A stretch of DNA of 54,413 nt from a virus (lineage: Duplodnaviria; Caudoviricetes), in IMG/VR virus record IMGVR_UViG_3300045454_000116, positions 1-54,413 of that record. One strand, written 5' to 3'. The notes under the pieces were generated by a model, which saw nothing but the letters and a program-made list of their open reading frames with translations, ran no database searches and had not been told where the DNA came from. Position numbers and translations under genes: made by a program. Within the stretch, counting starts at the first letter, position 1. Each line of letters starts with the position of its first letter. Below are positions 35,925 through 44,691 of the stretch, piece by piece.

Positions 35925-38901
35925 TGTTTACAGCGACGCCTTCCGCGCCGGGCTCCGGCCGGACCCCGTGCTGACGGTCTCCGAGTGGGCCGACCGTTAC
36001 CGGAAGCTGTCCGGCAAAGCCGCGGCCGAGCCGGGCCCGTGGCGCACGGACCGCACGCCGTATTTGCGCGAGATCATGGACGCGCTGTCGCCGTCGTCTC
36101 CGGTCGAACGCGTCGTGTTCATGAAGGGCAGTCAGATCGGAGGCCCGCTCAGTCTCGACACTCCAGTACCCACTGTGCAGGGTTGGACGACCATGGGCAC
36201 GATCCAGCCCGGGGACCAGGTGTTCGACGAGAACGGCTTCCCGTGTCGAGTGCTCAACGTCTCACCGGTGCTCGTGAACCAGGAGTGTTACCAGATCACG
36301 TTTTCCGATGGCTCGACGATCATCGCTGACGGCAACCATCCCTGGGTCGTCTGGGACGATCTCGGCCGCCGGAAGCGGAGGCTGATCCGAACCACGACCG
36401 CAGTGATGTTCCTGCGGCACAAAGCACGCGGGGGAAAGGCGAACCGATATGCCATCGATGTGGCTGGCCCGCTCATGCTTCCGCAGGTGGACTTGCCAGT
36501 TGATCCGTACCTGCTGGGCTACTGGTTGGGCAACGGGAGTGCAGGCATGAACCACATCACGGTTCATGAGGACGATTACGAGGTCGCGGGGTTGCTCAGC
36601 ACGTGTGGCGTGAAGGTTGAATTCCGGCTGCCCTGGTGGCGCAAAGGCAAAGCTGCGAACATCCTGATCGACGGCGGCCGCAGGCGGCTGCGCGAGGAGG
36701 ACGGATCTTTCGGCCCCGTGGCGGTCGCGGATGGCGAGACCTACTTCATGGGCGCCCTCCGGGATCTTGGGGTCGTACGGAACAAACATATCCCGCCGTG
36801 CTATTTGCGGGCCAGTTTCCCGCAACGATTGGCACTGCTACAGGGGTTGATGGACTCAGACGGTCACATCACCAAGGCCGGGCGCTGTGAGTTTACGACT
36901 CATAGCCCTAAACTCCGGGACGGCGTTTATGAACTTCTGATGACCCTCGGGATCAAGGCGACCATCTACAACCGGGAGGGGCATGAGCGCCTTATCCTCG
37001 GCCGGCCCTGTAGGGTGCGGGACGGTTGGCGGATCTCCTTCATGGTCTACGATGACCTGCCCGTCTTCCGCTTACGCCGCAAATTGGCGCGCCTGACTTC
37101 GCGTGATGGCCGACGCTGTACGGAAACCGAACGCCGCCGCGTGGTGGACATTAGACCGATTCCGTCTGTTCCGGTTCGCTGTATTGCGGTCGATTCGCCG
37201 AGCCATCTGTTTTTGGCTGGTCGGTCCATGATCCCGACTCACAACACAGAAGCCGGCAACAACTGGGTCGGCTACGTGATCCACAAGTCGCCCGGGCCGA
37301 TGATGGTGGTGCAGCCCACGGTCGAGTTGGCCAAGCGGAACTCGAAGCAGCGCATCGATCCGCTAATCGAAGAGAGTGACGTCCTCCGCGAGTTGGTGAA
37401 GAGCCCGCGCTCGCGCGACTCGGGCAATACGGTTCTCTCGAAGGAGTTTCCTGGCGGCGTGCTCGTCATGACCGGCGCCAACAGCGCCGTGGGGCTGCGC
37501 TCGATGGCGGTGCGGTATCTGTTCCTCGACGAGATCGACGCCTATCCGGGCGACGTCGACGGCGAGGGCGATCCGATCAACCTGGCCTTCGCGCGGACGC
37601 GGACATTCTCGCGCCGCAAGGTCTTCATGTGCTCGACGCCGCTCATTACGGGCCTGAGCCGAATCGAGGCGGCGTTCGCCGAAAGCGACCAGCGGCACTA
37701 CTGGGTGCCCTGCCCGCATTGCGGCGAGTTCCAGACGCTCAAATTCGAGCGGCTCCGCTGGCCCAAGGGCGAGCCGCGTAAGGCGGCCTATCACTGCATC
37801 GCGTGTGAGCAGCCGATCTTCAACCATCAGAAGAACACGATGCTCGCGCGCGGCGAGTGGCGGCCCGAGGCCGCCGGCGACGGCCGCACGCGCGGCTATC
37901 ACCTGTCGAGCCTGTACAGCCCGGTCGGCTGGTACTCGTGGGAGCGCGCCGCCGAGGACTGGGAGAAGGCGCAGGGCGACGTCGAGCGGCTGAAGTCGTT
38001 CGTGAATCTCGTGCTCGGGGAATCCTGGCAGGAACGCGGCGATGCGCCCGACTGGCAGCCGCTGTATGACCGGCGCGAGGATTATCCGATCGGCACGGTT
38101 CCGCGGGGCGGGCTGTTTCTCACCGCCGGGGCCGACGTGCAACGGGACCGGATCGAGGTCGAAGTGGTGGCCTGGGGCCGCGGCAAGGAGTCCTGGTCGG
38201 TCGACTACCGGGTGCTCATGGGCGACACGGCGCGGGCCGATGTCTGGCGGCAGCTCGACGCGCTGCTCGACGAGGAGTTTCCTCACGCGAGCGGCGTCCG
38301 GCTGCCGATTCGCGTGCTCTGCGTCGACTCGGGCTTCAACCCGCGCATCACCTATGACTGGGTGCGCCAGCATCCACAGGCCTCCTGGGGACCGGCCGGC
38401 GCGCGCGCGGCGCATCCGAGAACGGCCGTGGCGGTGAAGGGCACGGCGCGGACGGACCGGCTGATTTTGGGCGCCTCGCCAGTGGACTCGAGCAGGCGGC
38501 GCGGCACACGGCTGTGGACGCTCGGAACGCCGGTGGCGAAGTCGGAACTCTACAGCCGACTGCGCCTCGCGCCTCCGACCGAAGAAAGCGGGGAGCCGTT
38601 TCCGGCGGGCTACTGCCACTTCCCGCGCTACGAGGAAGACTACTTCCGGCAGTTGACCGCGGAGAGCCTGGTCAAAGGCCACTGGGTCGTCGCCCCCAAC
38701 CGGCGCAATGAGGCGCTGGACTGCCGGGTCTATGCGCGTGCGGCGGCGTCGATCTACGGCATCGACCGTTTCACCGAGAAGCACTGGCGGGAACTCGAAA
38801 CCCTTTTGCCCGCGCCTGTCACACAACCGGAGCTGGCGGCGCCGCATCAGCCACGCCCGGTGCGCCGCCGGACAGTGACCTCGAACTGGATGAAGCGATG
38901 A
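35908..38901 (+). CDS. Terminase large subunit (lambda GpA family) with intein
   Basis: 'TVSEWAD', 'RTPYLREIMD', 'KGSQIGG|TE', 'LFLDEID', 'CPHCG', 'RNEALDC'. Confidence 0.95.
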   Translation: MPTAADVYSDAFRAGLRPDPVLTVSEWADRYRKLSGKAAAEPGPWRTDRTPYLREIMDALSPSSPVERVVFMKGSQIGGPLSLDTPVPTVQGWTTMGTIQPGDQVFDENGFPCRVLNVSPVLVNQECYQITFSDGSTIIADGNHPWVVWDDLGRRKRRLIRTTTAVMFLRHKARGGKANRYAIDVAGPLMLPQVDLPVDPYLLGYWLGNGSAGMNHITVHEDDYEVAGLLSTCGVKVEFRLPWWRKGKAANILIDGGRRRLREEDGSFGPVAVADGETYFMGALRDLGVVRNKHIPPCYLRASFPQRLALLQGLMDSDGHITKAGRCEFTTHSPKLRDGVYELLMTLGIKATIYNREGHERLILGRPCRVRDGWRISFMVYDDLPVFRLRRKLARLTSRDGRRCTETERRRVVDIRPIPSVPVRCIAVDSPSHLFLAGRSMIPTHNTEAGNNWVGYVIHKSPGPMMVVQPTVELAKRNSKQRIDPLIEESDVLRELVKSPRSRDSGNTVLSKEFPGGVLVMTGANSAVGLRSMAVRYLFLDEIDAYPGDVDGEGDPINLAFARTRTFSRRKVFMCSTPLITGLSRIEAAFAESDQRHYWVPCPHCGEFQTLKFERLRWPKGEPRKAAYHCIACEQPIFNHQKNTMLARGEWRPEAAGDGRTRGYHLSSLYSPVGWYSWERAAEDWEKAQGDVERLKSFVNLVLGESWQERGDAPDWQPLYDRREDYPIGTVPRGGLFLTAGADVQRDRIEVEVVAWGRGKESWSVDYRVLMGDTARADVWRQLDALLDEEFPHASGVRLPIRVLCVDSGFNPRITYDWVRQHPQASWGPAGARAAHPRTAVAVKGTARTDRLILGASPVDSSRRRGTRLWTLGTPVAKSELYSRLRLAPPTEESGEPFPAGYCHFPRYEEDYFRQLTAESLVKGHWVVAPNRRNEALDCRVYARAAASIYGIDRFTEKHWRELETLLPAPVTQPELAAPHQPRPVRRRTVTSNWMKR
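36145..37245 (+). mobile_element. Class 3 intein (367 aa) with LAGLIDADG domain
   Basis: Begins with Pro (PLSLDTPVPT); WCT signature 'HPW', 'VRCIAVD', 'PTHN'; +1 Thr. Confidence 0.9.
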
Positions 38902-38912
38902 CGCGTTGATCC

Positions 38913-39122
38913 ATGGCCTACTCGCAAGCTCAACTCGAAGCGCTCGAGGCGGCTCTGGCCAGCGGCACGCTGCGTGTGACGTTTGAAGGCCGCAGCCTCG
39001 AGTACCGCAGCGTAGACGAACTGAAGAAAGCGATCGCCGAAGTGAAAGCCGCCATGGCGGCGGCGGATCCGGTTCGGCCGCGCTCGCGCGTGATCCGGAC
39101 CTACACGAGCAAGGGTTTCTGA
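38913..39122 (+). CDS. gpW-like head-tail joining protein
   Basis: 'LEAALASG..RVTFEGRSLEYRSVDEL'; lies between TerL and portal. Confidence 0.85.
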   Translation: MAYSQAQLEALEAALASGTLRVTFEGRSLEYRSVDELKKAIAEVKAAMAAADPVRPRSRVIRTYTSKGF

Positions 39123-40612
39123 TGGGCTACTGGCGGAATCTCGTGCGGGCGGCGTTCGGGGCGCCGCTTCGGGCGCTTTCAGGTTACGAGGCCGCCGCGA
39201 ACACGCGCCGCACGCAGGGGTGGAATCCTTCAAATGAAGGGATCAACGCGTTGGTGGCCGGCGGTGGCGACGCCCTGCGCGCGCGCTCGCGCGACATGGT
39301 CCGGCGCAACTCGTGGGCCAGCAACGCGGTGGAGAGTTTCGTCGGCAACGCCGTCGGCACAGGCATCAAGCCGCAATCGAAACATCCGGACCCGGCCGTG
39401 AAGCGGCGGCTTCAGGAACTCTGGCTCCGCTGGACCGACGAGGCCGACGTAGCTGGACTGACCGACTTCTACGGGCTCCAGGCGCTGGTGTGCCGCTCGA
39501 CGATCGAAGGCGGCGAGTGCCTGGTACGGTTGCGTGACCGCCGGCCCGAGGACGGGTTGACGGTGCCGCTTCAGCTTCAACTGCTCGAAGCCGAGCACCT
39601 GCCCGCGGCGAAGAACGAGAACCTGCCCAACGGAAACGCGATCCGCGCCGGAATCGAGTTCGACAAGCTTGGCCGCCGCGTGGCCTACCACCTCTACCGC
39701 GAACACCCGGGCGAGAAGCTCACGTTCTTCAACGCCGGAGAGACGACGCGTGTGCCGGCGGAGTCGGTGCTGCACATCTACAAACCTCTCCGTCCCGGTC
39801 AGCATCGCGGGCAGCCGTGGCTCACGCAGGTGCTCGTGAAGCTCCACGAGCTCGACCAGTACGACGACGCCGAGCTGGTCCGCAAGAAGCTGGCGGCAAT
39901 GTTTGCGGCGTTCATCACCGAGAACAACCCCGAGGACCCGGTGATCGGCGCGAAGCCCGGCGAGGGCGAGACGGACGCAAGCGGCGCGCCGCTGGCCGGC
40001 ATCGAGCCGGGCTCGATGGTGAAGCTGCTGCCCGGCGAGGATGTGAAGTTCACCGAGCCGGGCGACGTCGGCGGCATGTACACGGAGTTCATGCGCGTGC
40101 AATTGCGAGCGATCGCCGCGGGCCTAGGCATCACCTACGAGCAGCTCACAGGGGACCTCGAGCGCGTGAACTACTCCTCGATCCGCGCCGGATTGCTCGA
40201 GTTCCGCCGCCGCTGCGAGCAGTTCCAGCACCAGGTGATGGTGTTTCAGTTCTGCCGCCCGGTGTGGCGGGCCTGGATCGAGGCGGCGGCTCTCAGCGGC
40301 GCGATCGATGCCCGCGACTACGCCCGCCGCCCGGAGGCCTACCTCGATGTCGAATGGCGGCCGCCGTCGTGGGCCTGGGTCGATCCGCTCAAGGACATGA
40401 ACGCCGAGGTCACAGCCGTGCGGGCGGGCTTCAAGCCGCGCAGCGCCGTCATCAACGAGATGGGTTACGACGAGGAGGACGTCGACCGGCAGGCCGCCGC
40501 CGACAACGCGCGGGCCGACTCATACGGCAACGTCTACGACTCCGATCCCCGCAAGACCACAAGCAACGGGCAGCGCGTGATCGAAAAGGAACCGGCAACG
40601 GAAATCCCATGA
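39122..40612 (+). CDS. Portal protein, lambda family
   Basis: 'LRARSRDMVRRN', 'RPGQHRGQPW', 'VNYSSIRAG', 'WVDPLKD'. Confidence 0.95.
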   Translation: MGYWRNLVRAAFGAPLRALSGYEAAANTRRTQGWNPSNEGINALVAGGGDALRARSRDMVRRNSWASNAVESFVGNAVGTGIKPQSKHPDPAVKRRLQELWLRWTDEADVAGLTDFYGLQALVCRSTIEGGECLVRLRDRRPEDGLTVPLQLQLLEAEHLPAAKNENLPNGNAIRAGIEFDKLGRRVAYHLYREHPGEKLTFFNAGETTRVPAESVLHIYKPLRPGQHRGQPWLTQVLVKLHELDQYDDAELVRKKLAAMFAAFITENNPEDPVIGAKPGEGETDASGAPLAGIEPGSMVKLLPGEDVKFTEPGDVGGMYTEFMRVQLRAIAAGLGITYEQLTGDLERVNYSSIRAGLLEFRRRCEQFQHQVMVFQFCRPVWRAWIEAAALSGAIDARDYARRPEAYLDVEWRPPSWAWVDPLKDMNAEVTAVRAGFKPRSAVINEMGYDEEDVDRQAAADNARADSYGNVYDSDPRKTTSNGQRVIEKEPATEIP

Positions 40613-41808
40613 CGCATCTCCCGCACATCGCTTCGCGCGTGTTCAACACTCCGCTGATGATCGATTCGAAGAAACTCGCGGCGATCCTGGCCGTGCTGGC
40701 ACCGCGCCTCGGCCTGAAGCCGCCCGCCGTGGAGGCGGCCTTGCTCACCGAGCAGCGGTCGCGGAAGCCTTACGCCGTCACCGATGCCGGAGTCGCCGTT
40801 ATCGAAGTCTCGGGCAGCCTCGTGAACCGCGCCTCGGGCATGGACGCGCAGTCGGGACTGACCTCGTATGAGCAGTTGGGCAACGAGATTCTCGACGCCG
40901 CCACCGATCCGCAGGTGCGAGGGATCCTCTTGCGCCTGGACAGCTACGGCGGAGAGGCCAATGGCGCGTGGGACGTGGCGAGCCTCATTGAGGAAGCTGC
41001 GCGGCTGAAACCCGTCTGGGCATCGGTCGACGACTGGGCGCTGAGCGCCGGCTACCTGCTCGCCTCGGCCACGGACCGCATCTGGGTCACGCGCACGGGC
41101 GGCGTCGGCTCGGTAGGCATCATCGCCATGCATCTCGATCAGAGCGGCTGGGATGCCGCCAACGGTCTCCGCTACACGACGATCTTCGCCGGGGCCCGCA
41201 AGAACGATTTCAACCCGCACGAGCCGCTCTCCGATGGCGCCCGCTCGGTGCTCGTGGCCGAGGTCGACCGGCTCTACGGCATGTTTGTCGATACCGTAGC
41301 GCGCCGCCGTGGCCTGAGCGCCGCGGCCGTACGCTCGACCGAAGCCGGCATCTATTACGGCGAGGATAGCGTCGCCCAGGGTTTCGCCGACCGCGTGGGC
41401 GCGTTCCGCGACGCCCTGGCCGCGATGACCGAGTCGTTGTCAAAACCAAAGTTCACAAAAGGAGGCACAACTGTGTCTGAAGCAACCCAGGCGGCCGCGA
41501 GTCCGCCCGTTCTTGATCTCGCCGCCATTGAGGCGCAGGCCCGCGAGCAGGGCTACGCCGAGGCCGCCGAGATCGTCGTGCTGTGCTCGATCGCCGGCCG
41601 GCCCTCGTTGGCCGGTGATTTCATCAGCCGGCATCTGTCGGCGGCCGAGGTCCGCAAAGAACTGCTCGAGCTGCGGGCCGAGGCTGACAGGGATGAGATC
41701 CGGTCCCATGTGCTGCCGGAAGCCAGCACCAGGCCCGTGCAGAACCTCGATGAGAATCCGGTCGTCAAGGCCTGCCTGGCCTTGGCCGGAGGGAAAGGAG
41801 CGAAGTAA
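40609..41808 (+). CDS. S49 family prohead protease (gpC-like)
   Basis: 'DSYGG', 'ALSAGYLLAS', 'VGSVG'; ATG overlaps the portal stop. Confidence 0.92.
   Translation: MTHLPHIASRVFNTPLMIDSKKLAAILAVLAPRLGLKPPAVEAALLTEQRSRKPYAVTDAGVAVIEVSGSLVNRASGMDAQSGLTSYEQLGNEILDAATDPQVRGILLRLDSYGGEANGAWDVASLIEEAARLKPVWASVDDWALSAGYLLASATDRIWVTRTGGVGSVGIIAMHLDQSGWDAANGLRYTTIFAGARKNDFNPHEPLSDGARSVLVAEVDRLYGMFVDTVARRRGLSAAAVRSTEAGIYYGEDSVAQGFADRVGAFRDALAAMTESLSKPKFTKGGTTVSEATQAAASPPVLDLAAIEAQAREQGYAEAAEIVVLCSIAGRPSLAGDFISRHLSAAEVRKELLELRAEADRDEIRSHVLPEASTRPVQNLDENPVVKACLALAGGKGAK
41473..41808 (+). CDS. Nested in-frame scaffolding protein (Nu3-like)
   Basis: Internal AAAGGAGG RBS before an in-frame GTG; parallels lambda C/Nu3. 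Confidence 0.65.
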   Translation: MSEATQAAASPPVLDLAAIEAQAREQGYAEAAEIVVLCSIAGRPSLAGDFISRHLSAAEVRKELLELRAEADRDEIRSHVLPEASTRPVQNLDENPVVKACLALAGGKGAK

Positions 41809-41811
41809 CCC

Positions 41812-42186
41812 ATGCCCGTTCAATCCGAATCGAACTACCTCGGCGACTGGCTCAAATTCGAAGAGGACAACCTCTACAGCCGCGACGAGGTCACCGTCGC
41901 GAGCGGCCAGAACCTGGCGACCGGCACGGTGGTGGGCATTATCACCGCAAGCGGCAAGGTGACGCAGCTTGCGCCGGGCGCGACAGACGGCTCTGAAACG
42001 GCCGCCGGCGTGCTCCTGAACGCCGTTGACGCAAGCGCTGCCGACAAGCCGGGCGTCATCGTCGCGCGCCACGCCATCTGCTCGGACAAAGGTCTCGTCT
42101 GGCCCGGCTCGATCACCGGCCCGCAAAAGACCGCCGCCATCAGTCAACTCGAAGCCCTGGGCATTCTCGTCCGGGAAGGAGCGTAA
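41812..42186 (+). CDS. Head decoration protein (gpD-like)
   Basis: 'YSRDEVTV..GTVVG..DGSETAAGVL'; lies before the capsid gene. Confidence 0.88.
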   Translation: MPVQSESNYLGDWLKFEEDNLYSRDEVTVASGQNLATGTVVGIITASGKVTQLAPGATDGSETAAGVLLNAVDASAADKPGVIVARHAICSDKGLVWPGSITGPQKTAAISQLEALGILVREGA

Positions 42187-42189
42187 CCC

Positions 42190-43200
42190 ATGCCGATGCT
42201 CAATCCATTCGCCACCGATGCGTTCAACATGGTCGCCCTGACGGCGGCCATCAACAAGATCCCCAACACCTACGGGCGCCTGGAGCAGTTGAACCTGATG
42301 CCCGCCACCGGTGTCCGCACCCGCACTATCATCATCGAGGAGATGAGCGGCGTGCTGAACCTGCTGCCCACGCAGCCCGTCGGCGCGCCCGGCACCGTGG
42401 GCACCCAGGGCAAACGGAAGGTGCGCTCGTTCGTCATCCCGCACATCCCGCACGACGACGCCGTGCTGCCCGAAGAGGTCCAGGGCATCCGCGCCTTCGG
42501 CTCGGAGTCCGAAACCGAGGCGCTCGCCGACTTGCTCGCCCTGAAGCTTCAGAACATGCGCAACAAGCACTCGATCACGCTCGAGCACCTGCGCATGGGC
42601 GCGCTCAAGGGCGTGATCCTCGACGCCGACGGCTCGGTGCTCTACAACCTTTACACCGAGTTCGACATCACGCCGAAGACCGTGAACTTCGCCCTCGGCA
42701 CGGCTTCGACCGAAGTGCTGCTCAAGGTGCTCGAAGTGAAGCGCCACATCGAGGACAACCTCAAGGGCGAGTTCATGACGGGCATCCTGTGCCTGTGCTC
42801 GCAGGGCTTCTACGACGCCTTCACGACGCATGCGAAGGTGAAAGAGGCCTTTCAGTATTACCAGCGCAACCAGCAGCTCGGCAACGACTACCGCTCGGGG
42901 TTCACCTTCGGCGGCGTGACGTTCGAGGAGTACCGCGGTCAGGCGACCGACGCCTCGGGAGCCGTGCGGAAGTTCATCGCCGACGACGAGGCGCACTTTT
43001 TCCCGCTCGGCACCGCGAACACCTTCCGGACGTTCTTCGCGCCGGCCGACTTCAACGAGACGGCGAACACCCTCGGCCTGCCGCTCTACGCCAAGCAGGA
43101 ACCGCGGAAGTTCGGGCGGGGCACGGACCTGCACACGCAGCAGAATCCGCTGCCCATCTGCCTGCGGCCCGAGGTGCTGGTCAAGGGAACGAAGTCCTGA
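42190..43200 (+). CDS. Major capsid protein (gpE family)
   Basis: 'LTAAINKIP', 'TLEHLRMGALKG', 'QQNPLPICLRP'. Confidence 0.93.
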   Translation: MPMLNPFATDAFNMVALTAAINKIPNTYGRLEQLNLMPATGVRTRTIIIEEMSGVLNLLPTQPVGAPGTVGTQGKRKVRSFVIPHIPHDDAVLPEEVQGIRAFGSESETEALADLLALKLQNMRNKHSITLEHLRMGALKGVILDADGSVLYNLYTEFDITPKTVNFALGTASTEVLLKVLEVKRHIEDNLKGEFMTGILCLCSQGFYDAFTTHAKVKEAFQYYQRNQQLGNDYRSGFTFGGVTFEEYRGQATDASGAVRKFIADDEAHFFPLGTANTFRTFFAPADFNETANTLGLPLYAKQEPRKFGRGTDLHTQQNPLPICLRPEVLVKGTKS

Positions 43201-43202
43201 CC

Positions 43203-43508
43203 ATGAGCGTGTGGGAACAGGCGGTGAGCGACCTGAACGCGGCCGTCGTCCAAACGTTCGGCCGCGAGGTCGTCTACTTGCCCGAGGCGGGCGGCGCGGC
43301 GACGGTCCGTGCAGTGTTTCAGCCGGCGCGGGAAGCCGAAGACGCCTCGCCCGGAGTCTATGCGGTGCTGTTCGTGCGGCTCGCGGACCTGCCTGCGGCG
43401 CCCGTGCGCGGGGACGAGGTCGAGATCGAAGGCGTCCGCTACAAGGTCTTCGATATCGAGGCCGACGCCGAGGGCGCCGCCGTGCTTCGGCTACGCAAAG
43501 CCAACTGA
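43203..43508 (+). CDS. Head-tail joining protein (gpFII-like)
   Basis: Position after the capsid gene; beta-rich 'PVRGDEVEIEGVRYKV'. Confidence 0.7.
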   Translation: MSVWEQAVSDLNAAVVQTFGREVVYLPEAGGAATVRAVFQPAREAEDASPGVYAVLFVRLADLPAAPVRGDEVEIEGVRYKVFDIEADAEGAAVLRLRKAN

Positions 43509-43588
43509 CTTCCGGAAAATCTTCCGGAAGTCGGACTTCCGCCAGATCTGGCGGATGTTGGCGACTTATGGGCAATTGCGCACAAGTT
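43507..43588. repeat. Tandem array of three 26-bp palindromes with a common frame and different cores
   Basis: GACTT-CCGGAAAATCTTCCGG-AAGTC, GACTT-CCGCCAGATCTGGCGG-ATGTT and GACTT-ATGGGCAATTGCGCAC-AAGTT. Confidence 0.85.
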
Positions 43589-43602
43589 CTCTGAGGCGAT
43601 TC

Positions 43603-44058
43603 ATGCCGAGCGTCCGCGTCTACCAGAAGAAGCAACTGCGGCTCGATCTGCTCAACTTCCGCCAGCGCCAAATGTATGAGCTCGGCGCGGCGGGCGTCGC
43701 GGCGGTGAAGGCGCGGCTCGCCGCGGCGCAAGGCCCGGAGGACTCGGCAGCCAAGCCGCTCACCAAGCGCTACGCGATCTTCAAGACCCGGAAGGGCAAG
43801 GGCAACAGCCGCAACCTGACCTTCTCGGGCGATCTGCTGCGCAACTTCCAGGTCCGCACGGTGAGCGAGAACCGCGCTAAGGCGAACGTTTCGACCCGCA
43901 AGGACCGGATCAAGGCCTGGGCCAACCAGAAGCGCGAGGCGTGGATGGTGTTCTCGCCGAAGAATAAGGCGGCGGTAGTTGAGGCCGCGCGGAAGATGTT
44001 GGACGCCATGAAGCCCCGTCTGATCGTCGAGCGAGTCCTGGGAGGAAAGCAGCGATGA
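43603..44058 (+). CDS. Basic neck/tail-completion-like protein
   Basis: Position; 'PLTKRYA..K', 'NLTFSGDLLRN' resemble virion morphogenesis proteins. Confidence 0.6.
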   Translation: MPSVRVYQKKQLRLDLLNFRQRQMYELGAAGVAAVKARLAAAQGPEDSAAKPLTKRYAIFKTRKGKGNSRNLTFSGDLLRNFQVRTVSENRAKANVSTRKDRIKAWANQKREAWMVFSPKNKAAVVEAARKMLDAMKPRLIVERVLGGKQR

Positions 44059-44528
44059 TCGACCCGGCGGAACTCGTTAACAACCTCGTCACGCTGCTAC
44101 GCGACATCCCCGAACTGGTTGCGGAGATGAGCGGCGATGAGCAGCGGATCTTCGCTTACCACGACCAGTACCCAAAACGAGCGAGCCTCGCGGCCGCGAT
44201 TCACGACATGCCCGCGCCGGGGATCATGGTGGCCTGGCAGGGGACGACGCCGGGCAGTTTCGGCAGCGTCGACGTCTGGAAGCACCAGGTCACGCTTTAC
44301 CTGCGGGCGCGCGAGGCCTTTGACGGCGACCCGCCCACCGCCTACTACCGGCTGTTCTGGCTCATCACGAAGGGCGTTCCGACGTCGGCGGGTGTGCCGA
44401 TGCTCAACGCTACGGTCCATCCATCGTGCCACCCGATGGACCTGCCGCTCATTCAGCGACAGACCGACGCCGAAGGGCTCGACTACTTTGAAATGCCGCT
44501 CAGCTTTGTGGAGATGGGTGATGACTGA
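44055..44528 (+). CDS. Putative tail terminator protein
   Basis: Size and position before the tail tube gene. Confidence 0.55.
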   Translation: MIDPAELVNNLVTLLRDIPELVAEMSGDEQRIFAYHDQYPKRASLAAAIHDMPAPGIMVAWQGTTPGSFGSVDVWKHQVTLYLRAREAFDGDPPTAYYRLFWLITKGVPTSAGVPMLNATVHPSCHPMDLPLIQRQTDAEGLDYFEMPLSFVEMGDD

Positions 44529-44691
44529 AACCGTGTTGATGCGCTCGCCCGACGGCGAGGTGCAGGAAGTGGAAGCCACGCCGGCAAAGATCGTGCCGCT
44601 CATGGTGGCTGGCTGGCGGCAAGTCACGGAAGAGGAGGTAACGCCTGATGTCCGTCGCTCGGATGCAGGAAATCCAGATCTGCTTCGGTAA
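44521..44691 (+). CDS. Small hypothetical protein (56 aa)
   Basis: Overlaps both neighbours; GGAG upstream. Confidence 0.5.
   Translation: MTETVLMRSPDGEVQEVEATPAKIVPLMVAGWRQVTEEEVTPDVRRSDAGNPDLLR

Noticed and set aside
39817-40608. N-terminal extension of the 663-aa S49 ORF
   Set aside because: Out-of-frame overlap with the portal gene; likely start is ATG 40609.
43507-43588. CRISPR mini-array
   Set aside because: The units are themselves variable palindromes with 1-3 bp gaps; there are no constant repeats with unique spacers and no cas operon.
41440-43731. 763-aa minus-strand ORF
   Set aside because: Antisense to the decoration and capsid genes; shadow ORF.
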